A DNA stretch of 39,410 nt. Source: an uncultured bacterium. Lineage in GTDB: Bacteria > Desulfobacterota_D > UBA1144 > Nemesobacterales > UBA2774. The stretch lies in assembly GCA_902826595.1 (NCBI GenBank), contig CADEFK010000007.1, positions 1 through 39,410 on the forward strand, read 5' to 3'. Position 1 is the first letter of the stretch, and every line of letters starts with the position of its first letter. The notes below the pieces were generated by a model that searched no databases, was not told the DNA's origin, and saw only the letters and a list, made by a program, of their open reading frames with translations. Of this stretch, positions 1 through 7,874 are shown piece by piece. The position numbers were made by a program, and so were the translations under genes.

Positions 1-40
1 ATAAAGCCGTTAATGATAATTGTACGGGGAGGCTCACAAA

Positions 41-988
41 ATGCGCATATGTTCATTCCTTCCGAGCACGACCGAGATACTCTACGACCTCGGCCTGGGG
101 GAGAGCGTGACGGGCGTGACGCACGAATGCGATTATCCGCCCGAGGTCAGGGAAAAGAAGAGGGTCATCATGAGCTTCATAGACCCGGCGAAACTGTCGA
201 GCCGCGAAATAGACGAGCTCGTGAGCCGGAACGCCGCCCTGGGCAAAAGCACGTACCTCATAGACAAGGACGCGCTTAAAGAGGCCGATCCCGACCTGAT
301 ACTCACGCAGGAGCTCTGCCAGGTGTGCGCGGTATCGGGTAACGAGGTCACGGAGGCCGTGGAGGCGCTCGGGAAGAACCCCGAGATCATTTCGCTCGAA
401 CCGAGGACTTTAAGCGAGATAATGGACACCATACTCACCATAGGCGAGGCTACGGGTACCGGACACAGGGCGCGTGAGATCACGGATAAGCTCGTCGAGA
501 GAATAGAAAGGGTGAGATCGCTCACAGGAGATGCGAGAGACCGCCCGAGGGTCTTCTGCATGGAGTGGCTCGACCCGCCGTATGCGGCAGGGCACTGGGT
601 GCCGGAGATGGTCGAGATCGCGGGCGGCACTTGCGGCATAGGCAAAGCCGGCGAGCCTTCCTTCAAGGTATCATGGAAGGAGATCGCGGAATTCTCCCCC
701 CAGATGCTCTTCATAATGCCGTGCGGCTACGATATAGAAAAGACCATGGGCGAGATCGAAACGGTGACGAAGCACGAAGAGTGGTTTTCACTCCCCTCGA
801 CGGGCAAGGGACAGATCTACATATTCGACGCGAACTCCTATTTCAGCAGGCCCGGGCCGAGGGTAGTGGACGGGCTCGAGATAATGGCAAAAACAATCCA
901 CCCGGAATCGATGAAGAGCTACGAGCCCCTGCCCGATGCGGTCGTCAACCTGAGAAACTATATGCAGTTCGAATTATTCCTGGGATAA
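41..988 (+). CDS. BtuF/TroA-like (class III) substrate-binding protein homolog with no signal peptide (cobalamin/iron-chelate binding family)
   Basis: The translation begins directly with the mature-domain beta1 motif (MRICSFLPSTTEILYDLGLG..VTGVTHECDYP) typical of BtuF/FhuD-fold proteins. GGGGAGG lies 9 nt upstream of the ATG at 41. An in-frame TAA at 17-19 rules out any longer N-terminus. An alternative TTG start is at 20. Confidence 0.8.
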   Translation: MRICSFLPSTTEILYDLGLGESVTGVTHECDYPPEVREKKRVIMSFIDPAKLSSREIDELVSRNAALGKSTYLIDKDALKEADPDLILTQELCQVCAVSGNEVTEAVEALGKNPEIISLEPRTLSEIMDTILTIGEATGTGHRAREITDKLVERIERVRSLTGDARDRPRVFCMEWLDPPYAAGHWVPEMVEIAGGTCGIGKAGEPSFKVSWKEIAEFSPQMLFIMPCGYDIEKTMGEIETVTKHEEWFSLPSTGKGQIYIFDANSYFSRPGPRVVDGLEIMAKTIHPESMKSYEPLPDAVVNLRNYMQFELFLG

Positions 989-990
989 AA

Positions 991-1872
991 ATGATTAAAA
1001 AGACTTTATTAAGAATTATCATCCTCGCCGTCTTATTGGCGCCGTTTCAGGACGCTCAGGCGGCCGAGAAGCCCGAGCGCATAGTTTCCCTCTCGCCCAA
1101 CCTCACGCACATGATCTACGCCCTCGGGGAGCTCGGTAAGGTGGTGGGTGTGACCCTCTATTCGGACTTCCCGCCCAGGGCCAAAGAGCTGCCTAGCGTG
1201 GGGGGCTGGATCAACCCCAATTACGAGGCCATACTCGCGCTGAGACCGGACCTGGTCGTTCTAATGAAAGACCAGGACACTATATTCGGCGCGAAAATCA
1301 GGGAGCTCGGCTTGAAAACACTCGTTACGGACAGCAACGATTCCGTGAAGGACATACTGAAGACGATCGTACTCCTCGGCGGCGTGCTGGGCAAAGAGGC
1401 GGAGGCGGGGAGGATAGTCTCGGATATCGAATCTACACTGAACGGAATCAGGCAGAGGACGAACGGAGCGCCCAGGAAAAAGGTGCTGCTCGTCGTCGGA
1501 AGGAACCCCGGGACCCTCGAGGACATTTATGTCATAGGCAGGAATAACTATATAAACGAGCTGATAGAGATAGCCGGAGGAGAAAACGCGGTAGAGAATA
1601 CGAGGCTTTCGATAAAGTTAACGAAAGAGGCCGTTTTCACGCTCGACCCGGACGTTATTATCGAGATAAATCACGAGAAGTTCGACAAGGAGGCCGAGAT
1701 CCTCGGCATCTGGAGCACCCTCGGCCAGTCGAGAGCAGTCAGGGACGGACAGGTATATATCCTTCCGAGCACAGTCGTACTCCATCCGAGCCAGACGATA
1801 GTCGAGGGCGCAGAGGTGCTGGCGGAAGTGCTGCACCCGGGGCTCAAGGATAAACATGCAAACGATAATTGA
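991..1872 (+). CDS. Periplasmic ABC substrate-binding protein (BtuF/FecB/FhuD family) with signal peptide
   Basis: The ATG at 991 gives MIKKTLLRIIILAVLLAPFQDAQA|AEKPERIVSLSPNLTHMIYALG, a cleavable signal peptide followed by the same beta1 motif as the upstream gene. The longer ORF from 565 overlaps the previous gene in another frame and is not credible. Confidence 0.85.
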   Translation: MIKKTLLRIIILAVLLAPFQDAQAAEKPERIVSLSPNLTHMIYALGELGKVVGVTLYSDFPPRAKELPSVGGWINPNYEAILALRPDLVVLMKDQDTIFGAKIRELGLKTLVTDSNDSVKDILKTIVLLGGVLGKEAEAGRIVSDIESTLNGIRQRTNGAPRKKVLLVVGRNPGTLEDIYVIGRNNYINELIEIAGGENAVENTRLSIKLTKEAVFTLDPDVIIEINHEKFDKEAEILGIWSTLGQSRAVRDGQVYILPSTVVLHPSQTIVEGAEVLAEVLHPGLKDKHANDN

Positions 1873-2629
1873 ATGCAGGGAGGTCTCCTTCTCCTACGGC
1901 GCGGGAGAAATCCTGAGGGATATAAACCTCTCCCTCGGGAAGGGGAAGATGCTCGGGATACTGGGCGCGAACGGGGCCGGAAAATCGACGCTCCTTAAAA
2001 TACTCATGGGAATACTGAAGGCGCAAAAGGGGAGCGTTCTGTTTAACGGCAAGCCGCTTCAGGGCTACAATAGAAGGGAGATCGCGAAGCGGATCGCTTA
2101 CATACCTCAGGACCCCGTCTTCGCATTCCCGTTCACCGTGTCGGAAGTAATCCTCATGGGCAGGGCGCCGTATATAGGCAGGTTCGAGTTTGAAAGGGAT
2201 ATAGACCTCGAGTCCGCCGGGAGGGCGATGGATACGGTAGGTATCTCTCATCTGAAGGACAGGCTGATCACCGAGACCTCATCGGGGGAAAGACAGCTCG
2301 CGTCCATAGCGAGGGCGCTCGTGCAGGAGCCTCAGGTGATGATACTCGACGAGCCAGCGACTTTTCTCGACATAAAGCACAGAGACGAAATCATGAACCT
2401 GCTCCGGAAGCTCAAAGAAGAGCACGGGATACTCATTATCGCCGCCACACACGATATATTCACTGCGCTCTTTTATTTCGATGAGATAATCATGATCAAG
2501 GACGGGGGCGTCTTCGCGGACGGCAGCGCGGAGACGGTTATAAACAAAGAGAACCTGAGCTCGCTCTACGGAATAGACGTCACGGTCAGGAGGGAGGGCG
2601 GAAAGGTTTTCATCTACCCCGGAGATTGA
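1856..2629 (+). CDS. ABC transporter ATP-binding protein (FecE/BtuD/FepC type)
   Basis: Walker A GANGAGKST, signature SSGERQL and Walker B VMILDEP are present. The start overlaps the upstream stop by 17 nt, suggesting translational coupling. Confidence 0.92.
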   Translation: MQTIIECREVSFSYGAGEILRDINLSLGKGKMLGILGANGAGKSTLLKILMGILKAQKGSVLFNGKPLQGYNRREIAKRIAYIPQDPVFAFPFTVSEVILMGRAPYIGRFEFERDIDLESAGRAMDTVGISHLKDRLITETSSGERQLASIARALVQEPQVMILDEPATFLDIKHRDEIMNLLRKLKEEHGILIIAATHDIFTALFYFDEIIMIKDGGVFADGSAETVINKENLSSLYGIDVTVRREGGKVFIYPGD

Positions 2630-3673
2630 TTGGGGAAAGGGGCCATTAATCAGGAATTCCCGGCAACTCGTATGATAGCGAAAAAAAAATTCATAATCGC
2701 GTTGAGCGTCCTGCTACTGCTCTGGGCCGTTACGGCTGCGGTAAGCGTGCTTTCGGGAACGTATGAGAAGAGCCTCATCGAAGCGCTCTTCACAGGCGAC
2801 GAGCTTGCGAACACCATCTTCTATAAAATCAGGATACCCAGGGTGCTCATGGCGACTGTAGCGGGCGGAACCCTCGGAATATGCGGCGCGGCGCTCCAGG
2901 CGCTCTTCAGGAACCCCCTCGCTTCGCCATTCACGCTCGGCATATCGGGCGGGGCATCTTTAGGGGCGCTCGTCGGAATAAGGCTCGGACTCGCGGCAGG
3001 TTTCCTGGGGTTCTCGATGGTCTCGGTACTGGCATTCATATTCTCGCTCCTGACGATGATCTTTGTCTACAACGTCTCCAAAGTGGGGGGAGTGGTTGCC
3101 ACCGGACGGCTCCTGCTTGCAGGGGTGGTGATGAATTTCCTCTATTCCGCCTTCGTCCTGTTCATCCAGTTCTTTTCCAACTTCACCGAGTCGCTCCAGA
3201 CGATGCGGTGGATTATGGGGAGCCTCGATATAGTTGGATTCGACGAGGTCTGGAAGACGCTCATCTTCGTGGTCCCCGGATGTATAATCCTGCTCTCTAT
3301 AACGAGGGATATGAACCTTTTCGGGCTCGGGGACGACGTAGCGTCGTCGCTCGGGGTGAATGTGAAGAAAATGCAGAACCTGATCTACTTCGCGACGTCT
3401 CTCTCGGTCGGGGCGGTAATATCAGTCACCGGGCCGATTGGGTTCGTCGGACTCATCATACCTCACATACTGAGGATGATCCTCGGGGTTGATAACAGGA
3501 TCATACTGCCCTGCTCGTTCCTTCTGGGAGCGTGCTTCCTCATGGCCGCCGATACGGTCTCGAGAACGCTGATATCGCCCGTAGAGATTCCGGTGGGGAT
3601 AATTACAGCTTCCCTGGGGGGGGTATTCTTCCTCTGGCTCCTTATCAAATCAAAGAAAGAAGTTATCGTTTAG
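2630..3673 (+). CDS. FecCD/BtuC-family ABC importer permease
   Basis: The protein is polytopic and hydrophobic, with family-typical stretches (RIPRVLMATVAGGTLGICGAALQALFRNPLASPFTLGISGGASLGA; GPIGFVGLIIPHILR). The TTG at 2630 abuts the upstream TGA. An alternative ATG is at 2672. Confidence 0.9.
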   Translation: MGKGAINQEFPATRMIAKKKFIIALSVLLLLWAVTAAVSVLSGTYEKSLIEALFTGDELANTIFYKIRIPRVLMATVAGGTLGICGAALQALFRNPLASPFTLGISGGASLGALVGIRLGLAAGFLGFSMVSVLAFIFSLLTMIFVYNVSKVGGVVATGRLLLAGVVMNFLYSAFVLFIQFFSNFTESLQTMRWIMGSLDIVGFDEVWKTLIFVVPGCIILLSITRDMNLFGLGDDVASSLGVNVKKMQNLIYFATSLSVGAVISVTGPIGFVGLIIPHILRMILGVDNRIILPCSFLLGACFLMAADTVSRTLISPVEIPVGIITASLGGVFFLWLLIKSKKEVIV

Positions 3674-3744
3674 ATGAATCGGTCCGTCACCTCGAAGCGC
3701 CGTTTATATTGAAGACCGGCGATTCAAGCCCGGCTGTTTCCGAA

Positions 3745-3978
3745 TTATGTGCCGGGAGCCTTGAAAGGATCGACTTCACCCGAGGACTGAGAAGAAGTTC
3801 CTCCACCCGGTGACACTGCGGCCGATTTAAACGGATCAGCATCGCCGGCTGGGGCGGCGGCAGGCGCCGGGGGGGGCGGCGGGGGCGCTGCGCTGGCAGC
3901 CGAAGCCTGACTCCCCTGCGGCTGTATAAACCACCACATGAGAATAACCAATCCTATAATAATCAATGTCCACATCAT
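3745..3978 (-). CDS. Small single-pass membrane protein, Pro/Ala-rich, hypothetical
   Basis: GGAGGAAAG lies about 8 nt upstream of the ATG at 3978. The product has an N-terminal TM helix (MMWTLIIIGLVILMWWF), then AAPPPPPPAPAAAPAG and two DPFK motifs. No family was recognised. The ORF track extends to 4023, but that start lacks an RBS. Confidence 0.5.
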   Translation of the reverse strand: MMWTLIIIGLVILMWWFIQPQGSQASAASAAPPPPPPAPAAAPAGDADPFKSAAVSPGGGTSSQSSGEVDPFKAPGT

Positions 3979-4144
3979 CTCAGACTTTCCTCCGTGTAAA
4001 AATGTGTAGGGTTCAAAATGCAATCACAAAACGCCCGCTCACTTGAATACCCCGGTTTTGTAAATGACTCATGAACTACTCCGTACTATCACATCATCCC
4101 TACACTGATACTAATAAATTTCATGTGCCCGTGTCAAGATAAAA

Positions 4145-4194
4145 TATTCGCCTGAGGGTTTGGGGGATGGTTTCGTCGGAGATTCAGGCGAATA
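4145..4194. repeat. 11-bp perfect inverted repeat with a 28-nt spacer in a roughly 290-bp intergenic region
   Basis: TATTCGCCTGA (4145-4155) pairs with TCAGGCGAATA (4184-4194), read directly from the sequence. Confidence 0.6.
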
Positions 4195-4264
4195 CAGGGA
4201 ACATGCGCCTGTTTGCCAACCTTCGCGCGTATAATTAGAATAAGAGTGTTAACCGGGGGCTCAA

Positions 4265-4756
4265 TTGTTGTCGATTCTCCTTAAACCCTTCTCAGGCAGA
4301 ATCAAAATGACTAGCGGCGGCCCGGAGCTGCCTCCGGATACGCTGCTCGCTTTGTCGATGATAGATTCGGGGTGCCTTTTTGTCCTTATAGGGAGCGGGA
4401 TTGCGCTGATAATTAAATCTGCCGGTGAGAACATCCGAGCGATGAAAGAATTTCAAGCAATAACAATCGATTTCGAGCTCATCGAGAGACCAGAATTCCC
4501 TTCTCTGGCGTTTTACCTGTACCTCGAAGGAAAGAGCGGCACAAAATCCCATTTTGAATATTTCTTCAGCACCGAGTCGGAGGGTGAAACCGACATTCTC
4601 AGAAAAATGTGCGACGACAGGCGGTTTGACATAATTTTATATAATTCCGGGGTCGAGTTCGTAATAAGCGCGGAGATTTCGGAGGGACAGTCGTCCGAAT
4701 TGAGGTCGCTCGTGACGAAGGCCTGCGCTAGTTTGACAAGTATGCCCCTTCCCTGA
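4265..4756 (+). CDS. Hypothetical protein with one N-terminal TM segment
   Basis: This is a 163-aa ORF. A GGGGG tract lies 5 nt upstream of the TTG at 4265, and an alternative ATG is at 4307. The TM-like segment is LLALSMIDSGCLFVLIGSGIALII. No family was recognised. Confidence 0.45.
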   Translation: MLSILLKPFSGRIKMTSGGPELPPDTLLALSMIDSGCLFVLIGSGIALIIKSAGENIRAMKEFQAITIDFELIERPEFPSLAFYLYLEGKSGTKSHFEYFFSTESEGETDILRKMCDDRRFDIILYNSGVEFVISAEISEGQSSELRSLVTKACASLTSMPLP

Positions 4757-4793
4757 TACTATTCCCCTCAGCGAGACAAGGAGAAAGATAAAT

Positions 4794-5771
4794 TTGAGTT
4801 TTGTAAGGTTCTTAGGCACCGGATCGTATGCTCCTGACAGGGTAATGACCAATCTCGAGCTCGAAAGGCTCGTCGAAACATCGGACGAGTGGATCCAGAC
4901 AAGGACGGGGATACGCGAGCGTAGGATAGCCGAGCCTGAAGTGGCTACTTCCGACATCGCATATAAGGCGTCGCTCAATGCCCTCGAGAGTTCGGGTGTG
5001 GACGCAAGGGACCTGGACGGTATCATTGTTGGCACGGTCACGCCCGACTATCTCTTCCCCTCGACAGCCTGCATCCTCCAGAGCCGTCTAGGGGCCAAAA
5101 AAGCGTTCGCGTTCGACCTCCTGGCCGGGTGCTCGGGTTTCTTATACGCGCTTCAGGCGGGTAAGGGGATAATTGGCTGCGGGGATGCGCAGAATCTCCT
5201 CATCATAGGGGCGGAGACACTTTCCAAGATTACGGACTTCCAGGACAGATCCACATGCATACTCTTCGGGGACGGAGCGGGAGCGGCAGTAATATCGGCG
5301 TCCGAAACACCTGGAATCCTGTCAACATGCCTCGGGGCCAACGGAGACGAGTGGGAGCTCTTATACATGCCGGGAGGGGGATCGCGCATCCCCCCGAGCG
5401 AGGAAAGCATAAAGAACAGGGATCATTTCCTGAAGATGAAGGGAAAAGAGGTTTTTAAAGAGGCCGTAAAAGCCCTCGAGTCGTCATCCCTCGAGGCGAT
5501 CAGGAGGGCGGACATCACGCCCGGAGAGATAGACCTCTTCATACCCCACCAGGCGAATTACAGGATACTGGAGGCGGTCAGAAAACGTGTGGGGCTGCCC
5601 GAAGAGAAGGTATTCAGCAATCTCGACAGGTACGGCAACACCTCATCGGCTTCAGTCCCTCTCGCGCTTGACGAAGCGGTGAGATCGGGAAGGGTCAAGG
5701 AAGGGGATACGATACTCATATCCGTATTCGGTGCTGGCTTTACATGGGGCGCGGCAGTCGTAAGGTGGTAA
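4794..5771 (+). CDS. fabH: 3-oxoacyl-ACP synthase III (KAS III)
   Basis: The product matches FabH along its full length, with active-site Cys context LLAGCSGFLYAL, HQANYRI and GNTSSASVPLAL. The start is TTG with AAGGAGA 9 nt upstream. Confidence 0.93.
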   Translation: MSFVRFLGTGSYAPDRVMTNLELERLVETSDEWIQTRTGIRERRIAEPEVATSDIAYKASLNALESSGVDARDLDGIIVGTVTPDYLFPSTACILQSRLGAKKAFAFDLLAGCSGFLYALQAGKGIIGCGDAQNLLIIGAETLSKITDFQDRSTCILFGDGAGAAVISASETPGILSTCLGANGDEWELLYMPGGGSRIPPSEESIKNRDHFLKMKGKEVFKEAVKALESSSLEAIRRADITPGEIDLFIPHQANYRILEAVRKRVGLPEEKVFSNLDRYGNTSSASVPLALDEAVRSGRVKEGDTILISVFGAGFTWGAAVVRW

Positions 5772-5800
5772 GCTTGAAGAATGACCTTCAATCCTCCCCC

Positions 5801-5831
5801 GCCGGCTATATTCAATTCCGCCGGTCTTTGT
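5801..5831 (+). terminator. Weak candidate intrinsic terminator after fabH
   Basis: The stem pairs GCCGGC (5801-5806) with GCCGGT (5820-5825), has a 13-nt loop, and is followed by CTTTGTT. The stem is short and the U-tract poor. Confidence 0.25.
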
Positions 5832-6011
5832 TAATCCATACTTTCCTGCGTAAAATTATGTGACCGATCAGACCCGTTCCTTGCCCATGGGAGATGTAAA
5901 GCCATAGCCAGCGAAATAATTGACGTAGTCCTGCCTGTATTTCTCATAGCGCTCTCGGGCTATCTTTTCGGGAAGTGGAAGAAGATAGACCTCACGCCGA
6001 TAAACGACTTC

Positions 6012-6779
6012 GTGATATACCTCGCCACACCGGCGCTCATAATATCCTCCCTTTCGAGGGACACTATCGACCTGTACCTGGCAGGAAGGGTGTTCTTCTC
6101 GGTGTGCACTATAATAGGCGTGTCGCTCGTACTCTGCCTCGGCATACTGAGGGCCTTGAAGCTGCCGGTCAAGGTCTATCTGCCTCCCGCGCTCTTCGCG
6201 AATACCGGGAACATGGGCCTGCCGCTCGTGCTCTTCGCTTTCGGCGAGACCGGGTTCAACGTGGCGATACTCTATATGGTATCCACGACTATACTCCACT
6301 ACACGCTCGGCATATTGATACTCAGCTACGACGAAAGCCCCTTCGAGATATTCAGGCTCCCCCTCGTTTATTCGGCTATCGCCGGGGTTCTGCTGAGCGT
6401 CTCGGGGTGGACGATGCCGACCGCCGTGTTCAGGGCGTTCGACCTCCTGGGCGAGGCGAGCATACCGACTATGATATTCGCGCTCGGATATAAATTATCG
6501 GAGGTCGCCCTCACGGACGTGAGCAAATCGTTCCTTGTGGGGGGTATGAGGATATTCTTCGGGGTCATCCTGGGCATGCTGACAGCCTCTATATTCAAAC
6601 TCGACGGCACCGCGTCGAAGGTCGTGATTCTCCTGTCGGCCATGCCGCCCGCGATATTCAATTTCGTGCTGGCTGAAAAATACAACCAGGACTCGGAGAG
6701 AGTGGCGTCTATCATACTCGCGGGGACCCTGATTTCCGTCGTCACCACGCCTGTGATTATCGCATTTCTGCTAGACTGA
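6012..6779 (+). CDS. Auxin-efflux-carrier (AEC, Mem_trans) family transporter; the true N-terminus is probably upstream of the annotated GTG
   Basis: The protein is polytopic and AEC-like. The same frame stays open back to 5835 and encodes ..IASEIIDVVLPVFLIALSGYLFGKW.., which is the conserved AEC TM1. No ATG, GTG or TTG occurs in that stretch. Confidence 0.8.
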   Translation: MIYLATPALIISSLSRDTIDLYLAGRVFFSVCTIIGVSLVLCLGILRALKLPVKVYLPPALFANTGNMGLPLVLFAFGETGFNVAILYMVSTTILHYTLGILILSYDESPFEIFRLPLVYSAIAGVLLSVSGWTMPTAVFRAFDLLGEASIPTMIFALGYKLSEVALTDVSKSFLVGGMRIFFGVILGMLTASIFKLDGTASKVVILLSAMPPAIFNFVLAEKYNQDSERVASIILAGTLISVVTTPVIIAFLLD

Positions 6780-6790
6780 GCGTATATCCG

Positions 6791-7771
6791 CTATCCGCCC
6801 TCGAGACACTCGACCTTCATTATAGGGACATCGAAGAAGTGATATTCCGAATCGTAGATGAAGCCCCTGCCCCCGTCAACATATGAAATGCTTTCCTGCT
6901 GAGGGAGAGTCTTTAACGGGATGACTTTATATTCCTTATCCATGACAAGCCGGTCAGAAGGCTTGAGCCCTGACACGGAGAGATCGATATCGAACTCGTA
7001 TGCGTCCTCGTAGGTGAGCACGAGGAAGGTCTTGCCGTCGGGCGCTATATCGAACGATGTAATCACGCCCCCGAACGAGGATCCGGAATTACTTAAACGA
7101 GGGAGGTCGAGCTCCCCGACGTATTCGAGCATCTGCTCGCCTGTGCCTGCGTTCTCCCATTTGTCTTTCTTTATCCTGTAGAGCTCCGCCGGGAACGACT
7201 CCCTGTTACCGACGTCTTCCTCTTTCGTGAATATATAAATATCGCCGTTCGGATGTACAGCCATGCCCTCGGCATTATGGGGACGGTCGGGGTATACAAG
7301 CCTCAATATTTTAAGCGGGACGGCCGAGCTGCCGAAATTATCCGCCTCTTCGACCACTATAACCCGGACGTACTTTCTCAGCTTACCGTTGTCGCCGATG
7401 TCAGCGATGAAAAAACAGGATTTCCCGGAGAAGCATCCGCCGACTGAGGCGTCTTCGAAGTCAGACCCTTTAGCATCGAAGCCTTCAATCCTGACTGCCC
7501 TGGTCTTCCCTCCGTCTAGATCGCCAACGTAAAAATAGGGGCCGCTTCCCGAATCGTTTACGTGGTAGAGCCTGCCCGGAAACCTGATCGAAGCGGCTAC
7601 CCCGCTCGCTTCGTCGATCTGAAGGCGGTCGAGATCGCCTGCCTTCGCCCCTTCGCTCCATCGCTTGCAAAGGGCCGCACGGCCTTCCGGCGGTGCTGAT
7701 AGAATCATGACCGACATTAAAGCTATCACCCCTGCTCTGAAGCACCGCCCCGCCGTAGATTGAATAATCAT
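6791..7771 (-). CDS. Secreted hypothetical protein, possibly a beta-propeller fold
   Basis: The N-terminal signal-like segment is GVIALMSVMILSAPPEGRA. Repeated strand-rich motifs are present (DEASGVA, NDSGSGPYFYV, FIADIGDN, AEGMAVHPNGDIYIF, FDIAPDGKTFLVLTYE). The family assignment is uncertain. Confidence 0.6.
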   Translation of the reverse strand: MIIQSTAGRCFRAGVIALMSVMILSAPPEGRAALCKRWSEGAKAGDLDRLQIDEASGVAASIRFPGRLYHVNDSGSGPYFYVGDLDGGKTRAVRIEGFDAKGSDFEDASVGGCFSGKSCFFIADIGDNGKLRKYVRVIVVEEADNFGSSAVPLKILRLVYPDRPHNAEGMAVHPNGDIYIFTKEEDVGNRESFPAELYRIKKDKWENAGTGEQMLEYVGELDLPRLSNSGSSFGGVITSFDIAPDGKTFLVLTYEDAYEFDIDLSVSGLKPSDRLVMDKEYKVIPLKTLPQQESISYVDGGRGFIYDSEYHFFDVPIMKVECLEGG

Positions 7772-7874
7772 CGCTTACTCCCGGAACCCAATAATTGATG
7801 TACAATTTTACCTCCGGTATATATAAGGCAAAATTAAATTTTTACCGGACCCCGGTTTTCGTTATTATAAAGCT

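Noticed and set aside
1-40. A cobalamin riboswitch or Fur box might sit ahead of the Btu/Fec-like operon.
   Set aside because: The window starts only 40 nt before the first gene, so the leader cannot be assessed. I make no claim.
5868-6299. A 143-aa minus-strand ORF lies in the region where the AEC transporter start is ambiguous.
   Set aside because: The plus-strand frame encodes canonical AEC helices throughout this span. The minus-strand product is charged, repetitive (E/R/Y-rich) and has no RBS.
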